Positions 30,539 through 40,500 of a DNA stretch of 64,000 nucleotides are shown here, one piece after another. Location of the stretch: NCBI GenBank assembly GCA_965198175.1, contig OZ240245.1, positions 1,664,001-1,728,000 of the forward strand. The letters are read 5' to 3'. Both the position numbers and the translations under genes were made by a program. Each line of letters opens with the position of its first letter. Position 1 is the first letter of the stretch. This DNA is from Candidatus Poribacteria bacterium. Lineage in GTDB: Bacteria; Poribacteria; WGA-4E; PCPOR2b. The notes beneath the pieces were generated by a model that saw only the letters and a list, made by a program, of their open reading frames with translations, did no database searches and had not been told where the DNA came from.

Positions 30539-30988
30539 ATGGCACAAGACCTTCTAACTCAAGCCGCCGCTGCTGCGCGCGAGGGCGACCTTGACGCGCT
30601 TGAAGACCTGCTCTCGTCCGCCCCGGCGGTTCTCACGGCGAGAGATTCCGAGGGACGCACGCTGCTCGATTTTGCCTGCCGAGCTGCGACGGAAGACATC
30701 GCCATGCCCTTGAACCCGGGCACGCCTGAACAACATGCCGCCGTTGACCTCATTCTGAACGCAGGCGCAGACCCGTCCGCCTCCGACAACGATAACTGGT
30801 CGCCGCTCCACACCGCAGCCATGCACCTGGCAGCGCAGTATAACTGCGTGGGCTGCCTGAACCTGCTGCTCGACCGAGGAGCCGATCCGACCATTGTTGA
30901 CGGCGCCCATGGTGGCACACCGAAAAGATGGGCAGAATTTCAGGGTGCGGCGGACGCAATCGAAATACTGAAGCGGCGAGTCGGATAA
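30539..30988 (+). CDS. Ankyrin-repeat protein (apparently internally deleted)
   Basis: GRTLL, WSPLHTAA, LLDRGADP. Confidence 0.75.
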   Translation: MAQDLLTQAAAAAREGDLDALEDLLSSAPAVLTARDSEGRTLLDFACRAATEDIAMPLNPGTPEQHAAVDLILNAGADPSASDNDNWSPLHTAAMHLAAQYNCVGCLNLLLDRGADPTIVDGAHGGTPKRWAEFQGAADAIEILKRRVG

Positions 30989-31043
30989 CGTGTCAGTCTA
31001 CATTGTGCGGAACCCATCGTTGACTCGATACGCCGTGCGTGTG

Positions 31044-31260
31044 TTGACCTTCGCGCTGTATTTATGGTATACTCACGTGTGTCTATAGATTTTAGCACTT
31101 TTTTATCGGGAGGAAACGACCTCTCTCGACACGTACTTAAACTTTGTCGACAACTGCCGCGAATTGTTTGAATTCTACCGTTCCATCTTCGGCGGTGAGT
31201 TTGAAACACTTATGACGTTCCGAGAGGGACCGGATCACATGGACATCACGGAAGCGGCAA
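31044..31260 (+). pseudogene. Degenerate 5' duplicate of the PhnB-like gene with its promoter
   Basis: TYLNFVDNCRELFEFYRSIFGGEF..FREGP matches 28089; ATG lost; upstream TTGACC...TATACT and TAGCACTTTT shared. Confidence 0.75.
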
Positions 31261-31604
31261 ACACACAAGTCGGAGCAATCATCGAATGGCGGCAACCGCC
31301 GAATCATAACCATTAGCCAGAATTTGCAAAAACCTTCTGCTTTAGCCCAAGCCATAACGTCGTCAACGCAGGCTACGACTGCATTTAGTAGCTTGTCTCC
31401 ACCAACTGAACCGCCCAGCTAATCTTTATCTGGGCTAATCCGGGCTAAAATCGGCGACAGCCGGACTTCCGCCTTTTCGGAGGAACCAGAATCCCATGAC
31501 TCGTTCAAAGCGCGATACGAATGAACGGTATGCAGTCTTGATTTTCTGCGCGGGGTGGGCATCTGCCGAGTTGTGAGAGAGCAGGAAGAGGGACGAAAAT
31601 AAGA

Positions 31605-32039
31605 ATGACGAACGAGACACGACTCCTAGGGGCGACGATCGTTCCGGGTCTGCGCTACGTGGATGCGCCAGCCGCGATAGAATTGCTGTGCGCGGCGTTT
31701 GGCTTCGAGAAGCACATGGTTGTGCCGGGTGACAATGGCAAGATTGCCCACGCCCAGCTCACCTTTCGAAACAGCATGATTATGCTGGGTTCGGTCCGCG
31801 AAGGGGAATATGACGACTTGCTAATCCAGCCGACAGATGCTGGCGCGGTAACCCAGGCACCCTATGTGATTGTCGATGATGTAGATGCCCATTGCTCACG
31901 CGCACGTGCCGCCGGCGCCGAGATCGTGATGGAGCCGGCTGACCAGGATTATGGCGGTCGACTCTATAGCTGCCGCGACATTGAGCGCCACTTGTGGAAC
32001 TTTGGCTCTTACGACCCATGGGCAGATTCCGGCTGCTAG
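31605..32039 (+). CDS. VOC/glyoxalase family protein
   Basis: LRYVDAPAAI, HAQL, DQDYGGR. Confidence 0.85.
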   Translation: MTNETRLLGATIVPGLRYVDAPAAIELLCAAFGFEKHMVVPGDNGKIAHAQLTFRNSMIMLGSVREGEYDDLLIQPTDAGAVTQAPYVIVDDVDAHCSRARAAGAEIVMEPADQDYGGRLYSCRDIERHLWNFGSYDPWADSGC

Positions 32040-32139
32040 AGAAATGCCCAAGTCCGGACACCGTGATGCTTGCCTTGGACGAATCATTCCTCTCAGAGAT
32101 GCCTATACGGTAGACATCGTAGGATTGAAATGATTAGCG

Positions 32140-32967
32140 GTGTCTGAAGCGCCCGGTCGATTGCCGTTGTCTCACAAAGAGCTACAGGACGGGAGTGTAT
32201 ATGTGAAGTCCGCAAACTCTGAATCTACACGAGAAGGTCAGACTCGACTGCATTCTTCTCGTGCGCTCTGTCGTGCACTGCGAAAAGCGCTGCGCGAAAA
32301 CGCTAATCCCGAGAAGGCGCCGGGGATGCAGGCATACATGAAGTCGGAGATGCCTTATCTCGGCGTGCAGGCGCCCGCCCTGAAAGCCGTGTGCCGCCAA
32401 GTCTTCGCTGCCCACCTGATCGAGACGCAGAGCCGCTGGATCGACACCATTCTCGCCGTCTGGCGAGATGCGGATTACCGTGAAGAGCGTTACGCTGCCA
32501 TCAAACTTGGCGAATATCCTACCTACCATGAGTTCCAGTCCCTTGAAGCGCTTCCCTGTTACGAGGAGATGGTCGTCGACGGTGCGTGGTGGGACTATGT
32601 CGATGCCATCGCGCCTCGGCTTGTCGGCGGACTGCTCACACGCTATCCGGAAGAGATGAAAGTCAAGATACTTGAATGGGCGCACTCATCCGATATCTGG
32701 AAACGGCGCACTTCTATCATCTGTCAATTGAAATTCAAAGATACCACAGACGTCGACCTGCTTCAAGCCTGCATCGAGCCGTCCATCGAACGGCGTGAAT
32801 TCTTCCTGCGCAAAGCGATTGGCTGGGCGCTGCGCGAGTACGCCAAAACCGATCCAGAGCAGATCATCGCCTATATTGAGAAGAACGCGTGCAGACTAAG
32901 CACACTGAGCAAACGCCAAGCGTTACGCATCCTCCTCAGGACAGGCAGAGTCGACGCCGTACCCTAG
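32140..32967 (+). CDS. DNA alkylation repair protein (AlkD-like HEAT repeat)
   Basis: MQAYMKS, WWDYVD, W.RR, EFFLRKAIGWALREY; true start probably downstream. Confidence 0.85.
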   Translation: MSEAPGRLPLSHKELQDGSVYVKSANSESTREGQTRLHSSRALCRALRKALRENANPEKAPGMQAYMKSEMPYLGVQAPALKAVCRQVFAAHLIETQSRWIDTILAVWRDADYREERYAAIKLGEYPTYHEFQSLEALPCYEEMVVDGAWWDYVDAIAPRLVGGLLTRYPEEMKVKILEWAHSSDIWKRRTSIICQLKFKDTTDVDLLQACIEPSIERREFFLRKAIGWALREYAKTDPEQIIAYIEKNACRLSTLSKRQALRILLRTGRVDAVP

Positions 32968-33017
32968 AAGTTCGATTTCGCAGGTAATACGCGTGCAGAC
33001 GACACGCAGGGTCTAAT

Positions 33018-33242
33018 ATGCCCCACATGTCAATCGCATTGAATCAGTTGAATATGGAAAGTCACGAGGTAAAAGCGTGGTCACCAGCCTATGAAAATTA
33101 CACACTAATTGAAGTTGACGGCAGTACTGAGTTAGTTGTTGATATGGAGGTAACTTCAGCGGAACAGGGCTTCTTCGAAGACGTGTGGACCAAGGCGCTG
33201 AAGATCATTAAAGAATTAGCTGAAACATCGGAGGAATCATGA
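33018..33242 (+). pseudogene. C-terminal fragment of an SRPBCC-like protein
   Basis: ENYTL...W.KAL..IKELAE resembles an SRPBCC C-terminus; N-terminus absent. Confidence 0.45.
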
Positions 33243-33637
33243 TTGGACATACCTTTATAAATCTACCGGTCAAAGATCTCGACCAAACTAGGGAATTCTT
33301 CTCGCAGTTGGAGTTTGAATTTGATGATGACTTTAGCGGCGAAGAATGCGTGTGCATGGTAATCGCTGATGGGTGCCGTGCTATGCTGGTCGTTGAGTCT
33401 TTTTTCCAACGGTTTACCAAGAAAGAGATTGCCGACGCATCGAAGACAACAGAGGTCGTCACCGCTTTATCTGCCGATAGCCGAGAAGCGGTAGATTCGA
33501 TGATGAGCAAGGTACTCAACGCAGGCGGCGCCGAACCGATACCTGTCGAAGACCATGCCTGGATGTACTGCAGGACGTTTGAGGACCCAAATGGACACAT
33601 GTGGGAAGTGTTCCACATGAGCCAAGGGGAGGAGTAA
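33239..33637 (+). CDS. VOC/glyoxalase family protein
   Basis: FINLPVKDL, MY.R.FEDPNGH.WE. Confidence 0.85.
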   Translation: MIGHTFINLPVKDLDQTREFFSQLEFEFDDDFSGEECVCMVIADGCRAMLVVESFFQRFTKKEIADASKTTEVVTALSADSREAVDSMMSKVLNAGGAEPIPVEDHAWMYCRTFEDPNGHMWEVFHMSQGEE

Positions 33638-33744
33638 TTCACCGATTCCAAGACACACATCCCGCCCGGGGCAGAGAATCGCGTCCGGTCCAAAGCAGCG
33701 TTATAGATACGCGAAATCTGTCTCGCGACGAGGGGAAGGATAGC

Positions 33745-34122
33745 ATGACTAAACACTACAACCCTGTAGGCTGGTTCGAGATTCCAGTGCTAGATTTGGA
33801 GAGAGCCAAGCGATTCTACGAATCGGTAATGGATTTCCAGCTTACCCTTACCACAATGGGATCTGAGGAGATGGCGTGGTTTCCCTCTGTCGAAGCCGGG
33901 ATTGGTGCCTCCGGTACCCTTATTAAATCGGAAGGTTTCACGCCATCTCACGCCGGTACGTTGATCTACTTTACTGCGCCCGATATTGAGGGGACATTGG
34001 CGCGAGTCAACGCCAACGGCGGAAAGACACTCCTGCCCAAGACTAGCATCGGCGAATACGGGTTCATCGCCCACTTCGAGGATTCCGAAGGAAATCGACT
34101 GGCGCTGCACTCTAGGAATTGA
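33745..34122 (+). CDS. VOC/glyoxalase family protein
   Basis: WFEIPV.DLERA..FY, FEDSEGNRLALHS; AAGGA SD before ATG 33745. Confidence 0.85.
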   Translation: MTKHYNPVGWFEIPVLDLERAKRFYESVMDFQLTLTTMGSEEMAWFPSVEAGIGASGTLIKSEGFTPSHAGTLIYFTAPDIEGTLARVNANGGKTLLPKTSIGEYGFIAHFEDSEGNRLALHSRN

Positions 34123-34162
34123 GTTTCTTCCAGAGGTGCACACCGTACACCGTTGAAACAAA

Positions 34163-35695
34163 TTGGCACTAATGCAATGTCGCAAGGAGGCAAATGTGAT
34201 TCCTATCACCGCTGCCATGCTCTATGACTTAATCCAGTGCGAGCACCGGCCGACCATGGACCTGTTCTCCGGCCCTGCCAAGCGCGATGAAATCAACCCG
34301 TTCGTCAAGCTGCTTTGGGAAAAAGGTATCGCGCATGAGCGCGATGTAATCGCTCGTATTGAAATTCGCATACTAAATCTGTCGTCCTATAGCGGTGAAG
34401 AACAGGAACAAAGGACGTTTGACGCCATGTGCCAAGGAGAGCCGCTAATTTACAGAGGGCGCATAACCGCAGATGACCTTTTGGGAGAACCTCCTCTGTT
34501 GAGACGCGATGGCAACGGCTACGTGGCCGGGTCCATCAAGTGCGGATCCGGGGAACATGGCGACAGCGACAGCGATGATTCTAAACCGAAGAAGCACTAC
34601 GGGGTACAGTTGGCGCTTTACACCGACATTCTTGAGCACCTCAACTTGGCAGGCTCACGGCGTCCGTTCGTGTGGGACATTCACGGAAAAGAGGTCACTT
34701 ACGATCTTGAGGAACTACAGGGCAAACATAATCCCTGGACGATGTGGCATGTTTATCAGAAAAAGCTGAAGCAAGCGAGACAAATTGTTGCGAAGTCGTA
34801 TCAGAGTACGCCGGCCTATGGTTCAGGTTGCAAGTTGTGCCATTGGTATTCCGCCTGCCTCGCCGAGCTTGAAAAATCGGACGACCTCACTCTTTTGCCC
34901 GATCTTGGTCGGAAGAAACGCGACGTGATGGTCGACTTGATTCCAACTATATCAGACTTGGCAGCCGCGGATATTAATCAATTCATTTCAGGCAAGAAGA
35001 CTAAATTCGCGGGAATAGGTACCGCTACGCTCCACAAGTTTCACCGACGAGCCAAACTTAACAAAACCGATAGTGCGCCCCCTTTCCTGACAGAATCGAT
35101 AAACCTTCCAAATAGCGAAACAGAACTATTTTTCGACATAGAAGTTGACCCGATGCGAGATTTCTGCTATTTGCACGGATTTGTCGAACGCCGCGGCGGC
35201 AACAACAGAACTGAGCGTTACATTCCCTTTTTCGCGGATGAAATTACGCCTGAAGCGGAGGAGCGGGCGTTCCGCGAAGCTTGGGAATATATCAAGAATA
35301 GACAACCCTGCATCATTTACTATTACTCGAAGTATGAGCGCACAGTATGGCGAAAGTTACAGCTTAAACATCCAAGCGTGTGTACCGAGGAGGAAATTGA
35401 AGAACTATTCGATCCTTGCCAATCTGTAGATCTATATTTCGATGTCGTTAGGAAGGCGACAGAATGGCCGACTCGAGATTACTCAATCAAGACACTGGCG
35501 ACATTCCTAGGCTTCAACTGGCGGGACCCGCATCCCTCCGGTGCGGCATCAATTGAATGGTTCGATCGTTGGATTGAAACCGGAGATCTATCCATCAAAC
35601 AGCGGATTCTTGATTACAACGAAGATGACTGCATCGCCACTCGGGTTTTGCTTGACGGCATACGCAACCTCCAATTGAAACAGGATGCCAACTAA
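34163..35695 (+). CDS. TM0106-family RecB-like nuclease / RNase H-like domain protein
   Basis: QLALY, CKLCHW..C, FFDIE, YSIK, YNEDDC; start may be GTG 34196. Confidence 0.8.
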   Translation: MALMQCRKEANVIPITAAMLYDLIQCEHRPTMDLFSGPAKRDEINPFVKLLWEKGIAHERDVIARIEIRILNLSSYSGEEQEQRTFDAMCQGEPLIYRGRITADDLLGEPPLLRRDGNGYVAGSIKCGSGEHGDSDSDDSKPKKHYGVQLALYTDILEHLNLAGSRRPFVWDIHGKEVTYDLEELQGKHNPWTMWHVYQKKLKQARQIVAKSYQSTPAYGSGCKLCHWYSACLAELEKSDDLTLLPDLGRKKRDVMVDLIPTISDLAAADINQFISGKKTKFAGIGTATLHKFHRRAKLNKTDSAPPFLTESINLPNSETELFFDIEVDPMRDFCYLHGFVERRGGNNRTERYIPFFADEITPEAEERAFREAWEYIKNRQPCIIYYYSKYERTVWRKLQLKHPSVCTEEEIEELFDPCQSVDLYFDVVRKATEWPTRDYSIKTLATFLGFNWRDPHPSGAASIEWFDRWIETGDLSIKQRILDYNEDDCIATRVLLDGIRNLQLKQDAN

Positions 35696-35829
35696 CGGAG
35701 CTAGCGGTCTCCGTTTAGTACCCGGCTCCTTTGACGAATTTATCGCAGCGAATCAAACCTCTCCTGAATCCGCAGGACGAATTTCTACGTTGAGATGATT
35801 GCCATCGCCAGCCAACAAAGGAGCCAATC

Positions 35830-36213
35830 ATGAAGATTCAACTGACTAGTGTATTTGTGGACGATCAAGACAAAGCGCTTAGATTCTATGTCGAGGTTTT
35901 GGGTTTTGTTAAGAAACAAGATTTTCCGGTCGGGAAATTTAGATGGATCACGGTGGTTTCGCCGGAGGGACCGGATGATATTGAGTTGGTGCTTGAACCG
36001 AACGACAACCCGGCAGCCAAGGCTTACCAAAAGTCGCTCTACCAGCAAAGAATACCGCATACGGCATTTGCCGTTGACGATGTCCGAAAAGAGTACGAAC
36101 GATTGAAGGATTTGGGCGTCGTATTTACGATGGAGCCAACAGAAACAGGGCCGGTGATTAGAGCCATATTTGATGATACCTGCGGCAATCTCATACAGCT
36201 CTATCAGGTCTAA
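35830..36213 (+). CDS. VOC/glyoxalase family protein
   Basis: VDDQDKALRFY, FDDTCGNLIQL. Confidence 0.88.
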   Translation: MKIQLTSVFVDDQDKALRFYVEVLGFVKKQDFPVGKFRWITVVSPEGPDDIELVLEPNDNPAAKAYQKSLYQQRIPHTAFAVDDVRKEYERLKDLGVVFTMEPTETGPVIRAIFDDTCGNLIQLYQV

Positions 36214-36319
36214 TCGACGTTCGGTAAACCTTGAGAAATTCAACAGTAAACGTCCGGCGCCAGTGATCGTCAGGCTTGGGCGCTGCGACGCCGTGAGACG
36301 GAATTGGAGCTAACTTAAG

Positions 36320-37477
36320 ATGAAACCCGCGAAAGTACTTGCAGCCGCAGCCGCGGCAGGCGACCTCAAAACCATGCGTGCCATGCTCAACGAAGACGAC
36401 GCGAGCGCCACCGACTGGAAGCCGATAATGGATGCTTGCCACGTCGGACAAGCGGACGCTGTAGCCCTTCTGCTTGAGCATGGCGCCGATCCGAATGTGA
36501 AATCCAAGCGGGGGGGTCACCACTACCGTCCCCGCCACCGTACAGTGGAGCACAAGAAGACAGCCCCCAAGCACGACGGTCATCATCAGGTGGTTAATCT
36601 GTTGCTCGATGCTGGCGCCGATCCATTGACGCCGGGCAGCTACTGGCTCATTAGCGCGATCGCCCTCTGTGCCACCGGCGATTCGACCGAATTCCTGCCG
36701 GCGCTGCTGGATAGGGTTCCCAATCAGCACGACATCTTTCACGCTTCCGTGCTCGGCGACGCCGGGCGCGTGAACTCTCTTTTGAAGGACGACGCATCCC
36801 TAGCGAAGGCGCATCACGAGGGAACTAAAATCTGGACGAGTGACGAGGGCTGGACGCCACTGACCTACTGCGTCAGTTCGCGCGTGGGAAGAGATAGCGA
36901 GAAGAAGCGGAAAGCACTGGAACAGATTGCGCGGAGCTTGCTCGAACACGGAGCCGATCTCACCGGCTGCGTCGACCAAGCTATCTACAGCAACAACCTG
37001 GAGGTATTCGAGACACTCCTCAAAGCAGGGGGAACTTGCGCCGACGACGACACGCTCAACCACGCCGCTTGCGACGGACAGTTTGACGCACTTGAACTGC
37101 TGCTGAAGTACGGAGGGGCGCTCGATGGCACCCGCGGCACCGATCATCATGGCGGCTACACCCCGCTCGGCTGCGCTGTCTCGTGCCGCAGCATTCAGGG
37201 AGCGCGGTGGTTTCTGGAGAAGGGTCAGGATCCGAACAACATCAAGAGCAAGGACGGTGAAAACTGCCTGCACGTGGCGGTACATTTCGGTGCCAGCGAT
37301 AAGATGCTGCAGTTGCTGCTCGATCACGGAGCCAAGATTAACCAGAAGGACAAACAGGGGCGCACGCCACTAGCGCGAGCGCAGGAGAAGAAGCACAAGA
37401 AGGCGATTGCCTTCCTGGAAGCAGCCGCCGCAAAGGCGTGTGTAGAGTGGAATCACATGAACCGTCGGCGGGGATAA
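36320..37477 (+). CDS. Ankyrin-repeat protein
   Basis: Multiple LLEHGADPN, GYTPL, GRTPL repeats. Confidence 0.85.
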   Translation: MKPAKVLAAAAAAGDLKTMRAMLNEDDASATDWKPIMDACHVGQADAVALLLEHGADPNVKSKRGGHHYRPRHRTVEHKKTAPKHDGHHQVVNLLLDAGADPLTPGSYWLISAIALCATGDSTEFLPALLDRVPNQHDIFHASVLGDAGRVNSLLKDDASLAKAHHEGTKIWTSDEGWTPLTYCVSSRVGRDSEKKRKALEQIARSLLEHGADLTGCVDQAIYSNNLEVFETLLKAGGTCADDDTLNHAACDGQFDALELLLKYGGALDGTRGTDHHGGYTPLGCAVSCRSIQGARWFLEKGQDPNNIKSKDGENCLHVAVHFGASDKMLQLLLDHGAKINQKDKQGRTPLARAQEKKHKKAIAFLEAAAAKACVEWNHMNRRRG

Positions 37478-37553
37478 GACTGGGGATGGGAAAACCACGA
37501 CACACTTTCAGAACTTTCAGATGCAATTTCCCCGGTGACAGAATGATTTACAC

Positions 37554-37582
37554 TTGACAACTATGTTTTTGTGTAGTATATT
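37554..37582 (+). promoter_or_regulatory. sigma70-type promoter, probable leaderless transcript
   Basis: TTGACA-17nt-TATATT, 7 nt before ATG 37590; no SD. Confidence 0.5.
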
Positions 37583-37589
37583 TTAGGGC

Positions 37590-38372
37590 ATGGCACACGC
37601 CCACTTAAACATAGAAGAGCACGCGGCGCGTTCGGTCTTGATGCCCCAAGACGGTATCCCGGTCAGCGGTTACACCCTCAATCCGTACATCGGCTGCGGC
37701 ATGGGATGCGCATATTGCTATGTCATGAAGTACCACTATGCCCGCGAGCACCCTTTGCCCTGGGGCACTTGGGTCAAGCCCAAGATTAACGCCCCCTTCC
37801 TACTCGGCAAGGCGCGCGCTAAAATTTGGGGTCGTCGGATTTTCGTGGGTTCAGCCACTGATCCGTACCAATACATCGAACGGCAATACCGGCTCACTCG
37901 GCGCTGTTTGAAGATAGTGTTGGAAAGCAACCCGAAAAGCGTCGTGGTGCACACGCGCAGCCCACTCATCCTGGACGACCTAGAGATGTTGCAGGCATTT
38001 GGTAGCCGCTTGCGGGTGGGCTTTTCCGTACTCACCGACGACGATCGGGTGCGGCGCAAACTGGAGCCGCACGCCCCGCGCATTGGGGTGCGCCTGAGAA
38101 CGATGCGGCGCCTCAGAGTCGCGGGTATTCACGTAATGGCATCATTGACGCCGCTACTCTACTGTAGACCCGCACGATTCGCGGAATTGCTTAAAGATGC
38201 CGCAGATGGCGTCTACACCGGGTCGATCCGCTACCTAGACAAAACGCGCATACACCAGATGGAGCGCGCCAAAGCCTATTTCCGCAGCGCCCAGTACGAG
38301 GAACTGCTCAAAGAGATGAACCGCTGTTTGGAGGAAGTTGGGCTGCTGACGGATTGCACCGACGAAGAATAA
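37590..38372 (+). CDS. Radical SAM protein, spore photoproduct lyase-like family
   Basis: NPYIGCGMGCAYCY (CxxxCxxC), TDPYQ..E, TRS. Confidence 0.85.
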   Translation: MAHAHLNIEEHAARSVLMPQDGIPVSGYTLNPYIGCGMGCAYCYVMKYHYAREHPLPWGTWVKPKINAPFLLGKARAKIWGRRIFVGSATDPYQYIERQYRLTRRCLKIVLESNPKSVVVHTRSPLILDDLEMLQAFGSRLRVGFSVLTDDDRVRRKLEPHAPRIGVRLRTMRRLRVAGIHVMASLTPLLYCRPARFAELLKDAADGVYTGSIRYLDKTRIHQMERAKAYFRSAQYEELLKEMNRCLEEVGLLTDCTDEE

Positions 38373-38417
38373 GCTCGCAAGGAGGAAAAAGCCGTTGAGT
38401 CTGTTTTTCGAACGGAC

Positions 38418-40499
38418 TCAAACTAGTTGCATCTGCAAATCATCCAAGAACTCCGAAGCGGGCTCAACACTCGTGACTAACAGGTGGTCGCGCGCACGTG
38501 TGCATGCGACATAGAGTAGATGCCTCTCGGTGTTGTAGACCTCCTCAAGATCCGCATCGTCCGCGACGGTTTCAATCCGTTCCTGCAGCGGAATTACCTC
38601 GTCGTCACACGCCATGACTACTACCGCGCGAAACTCTAAACCTTTCGCCAAGTGCATCGTGCTGATTGATACGCAGTCTTCGCGTGTTCCCGCGCCATGA
38701 TCCAAGACCCGATATGGCAACTCAGCGCCGTGCGCCGCCGAACAGGCTCGGTCAAGCTCCTTCTTCGATCGTACGAATATCCCAATCTCCTTAGCCTCCA
38801 CACCTTCATCCCGGCGTTCCTGTAGCCATGTCCCAACAACGTTGCCTTCTTCCTCTTCGCCCTCGGATCGGCGTATTGCCGGATGTTCGCCGTTGAATGC
38901 CGAGACCGTTCCCCGCCGATCTTCAACGTTTCCATCAACGTCCGTGACTTCGGGTCCCAGCAACAGATCCGCCCGCATCCGGATTTGGTGGGACGTCCGA
39001 TAGTTGAGTTTGAGCGTCTGAGATCTTCCTCTGATGTCAACACCCAACGCACTCCAGGAAAACGGCGTCTGGAAGATGCGTTGTCCTAAATCGCCCGCGA
39101 AAAAGAGGCTGTTTCGCCGGCTGCCGCCCAATGCGGAGATGAACCGCAGTTGGGCGGGTTTGATGTCCTGCGCCTCATCCACAATTGCGAAGTCAAACGG
39201 AGGGTTCCGGCGATCGTTGAGCGTCTCCGCAAGCAAGCTGAACAACTCTGCGCGAGTCACGAGACCTCGATTTCGAAGTTCAGCCTTGACCCGTTCAAAG
39301 ATGGACCAAAGCGCAGAACGCTGCGTTACGGGCAGACGTGTTTTGCGCCCTAGTCTTCTGACATCGCGATATGCCTCCCAACTATCCAACTGCCATGCGT
39401 CAACAACGTTCTTCCACTCGCTCAACAGAAATCTGAGACTGAAGTGATTCGTCTGCTCTTGGCTAATAGCATCCGCTAGAATTGACTTAAATTGCTCCTG
39501 AGTTACGATTTTTGGTGAACCGAACTGAGCCCGATAAAGCCGCTCTCCAACCGCGTCAATTGCATCAACCTCCACGCGCTCTGCAAGTTTAGGTTCGTTG
39601 TAGATTAGTCGCTTGAGTTTCGTCCGTAGCGCATCAGCCAACGTATCAGAAAAGGTGGTGAGTAGAATCCTAGCGTCCGGATTGGCGCGTGCGAGGAATA
39701 CGGCGCGGTGCATAGCCACCACAGTTTTCCCGGTGCCGGCTGAGCCAGCAACACGGAACGGACCGTTGTAGTCCTTCTCTACGATTTGCCGTTGCGCCGG
39801 GTGGAGGAACACTGCCCACTTTTCCCAAGGATAGTCGAGTGCACGTTGCAGTTCTTCCACATTCGTCATCAACCGGAAGCGGCGCTGCGCGTCGGGATGA
39901 TCGAAGGGATTAGTGGTGGGAATTATGGGTGGAATCATCGGCGGCGTTCCGCCAACAGCTAACTCAAGCAGTGCTTCCGCCGCCTCGCGGGGCAGTCGCT
40001 CGCAAAGTTGTAGCAGACTATCTTCATTCGCTTTTCGCACTTTCCCCAACCACTCACTCGGCACGCCGTAACCCAGCAGATCGCTTTCGGGGATGTCCGT
40101 GAATAGGAACGGTTTGGGTGGTGCCTCTTGTTCTGTTTCCACATAGACGGGCACGGTGATTTCTTGAACCGTCTCCCGCACTTCGACTATTTGAGCTGCG
40201 CCGGTCTTGGGGTGGGTCTCTAGTTTGCGCCGTTCCGCCCATTGGTAGGCGTCGTCGTGATGATCAACGTAGCACAGTACCAAGCTGCTCTGGCTCCGAT
40301 GCACAATCATTCGGAGGTCACGGCTGACGCGGACAGACCAGAAATTAGGCTCTCTTGCCCTCTGCAGCTTGTGGAACTGTAGTCCCGGCTGCGCCGGATT
40401 CATTTGGAGGTCAAAGGCTGTGGTCTTGGCAGCCTTCTGCTCGCTGCCCGTCAGCTTGGCGAGGCTGTCAACGAAGGTGCTGGCAATTCGGAAATCCAT
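38418..40499 (-). CDS. UvrD/SF1 helicase with N-terminal RelE/ParE-like domain
   Basis: GSAGTGKT, DEAQD, GDLGQRI, NYRT, KGLEF, LYVACTRA; the likely true start is MDFRIAS at 40499, next to the S8 stop. Confidence 0.85.
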   Translation of the reverse strand: MDFRIASTFVDSLAKLTGSEQKAAKTTAFDLQMNPAQPGLQFHKLQRAREPNFWSVRVSRDLRMIVHRSQSSLVLCYVDHHDDAYQWAERRKLETHPKTGAAQIVEVRETVQEITVPVYVETEQEAPPKPFLFTDIPESDLLGYGVPSEWLGKVRKANEDSLLQLCERLPREAAEALLELAVGGTPPMIPPIIPTTNPFDHPDAQRRFRLMTNVEELQRALDYPWEKWAVFLHPAQRQIVEKDYNGPFRVAGSAGTGKTVVAMHRAVFLARANPDARILLTTFSDTLADALRTKLKRLIYNEPKLAERVEVDAIDAVGERLYRAQFGSPKIVTQEQFKSILADAISQEQTNHFSLRFLLSEWKNVVDAWQLDSWEAYRDVRRLGRKTRLPVTQRSALWSIFERVKAELRNRGLVTRAELFSLLAETLNDRRNPPFDFAIVDEAQDIKPAQLRFISALGGSRRNSLFFAGDLGQRIFQTPFSWSALGVDIRGRSQTLKLNYRTSHQIRMRADLLLGPEVTDVDGNVEDRRGTVSAFNGEHPAIRRSEGEEEEGNVVGTWLQERRDEGVEAKEIGIFVRSKKELDRACSAAHGAELPYRVLDHGAGTREDCVSISTMHLAKGLEFRAVVVMACDDEVIPLQERIETVADDADLEEVYNTERHLLYVACTRARDHLLVTSVEPASEFLDDLQMQLV

Positions 40500-40500
40500 C

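Noticed and set aside
28512..36320. Integron attC sites between the small genes
   Set aside because: Only fragments (TAACAAGCCGCTGC near 30512; a short hairpin near 35691-35719); no full R/L boxes and no integrase
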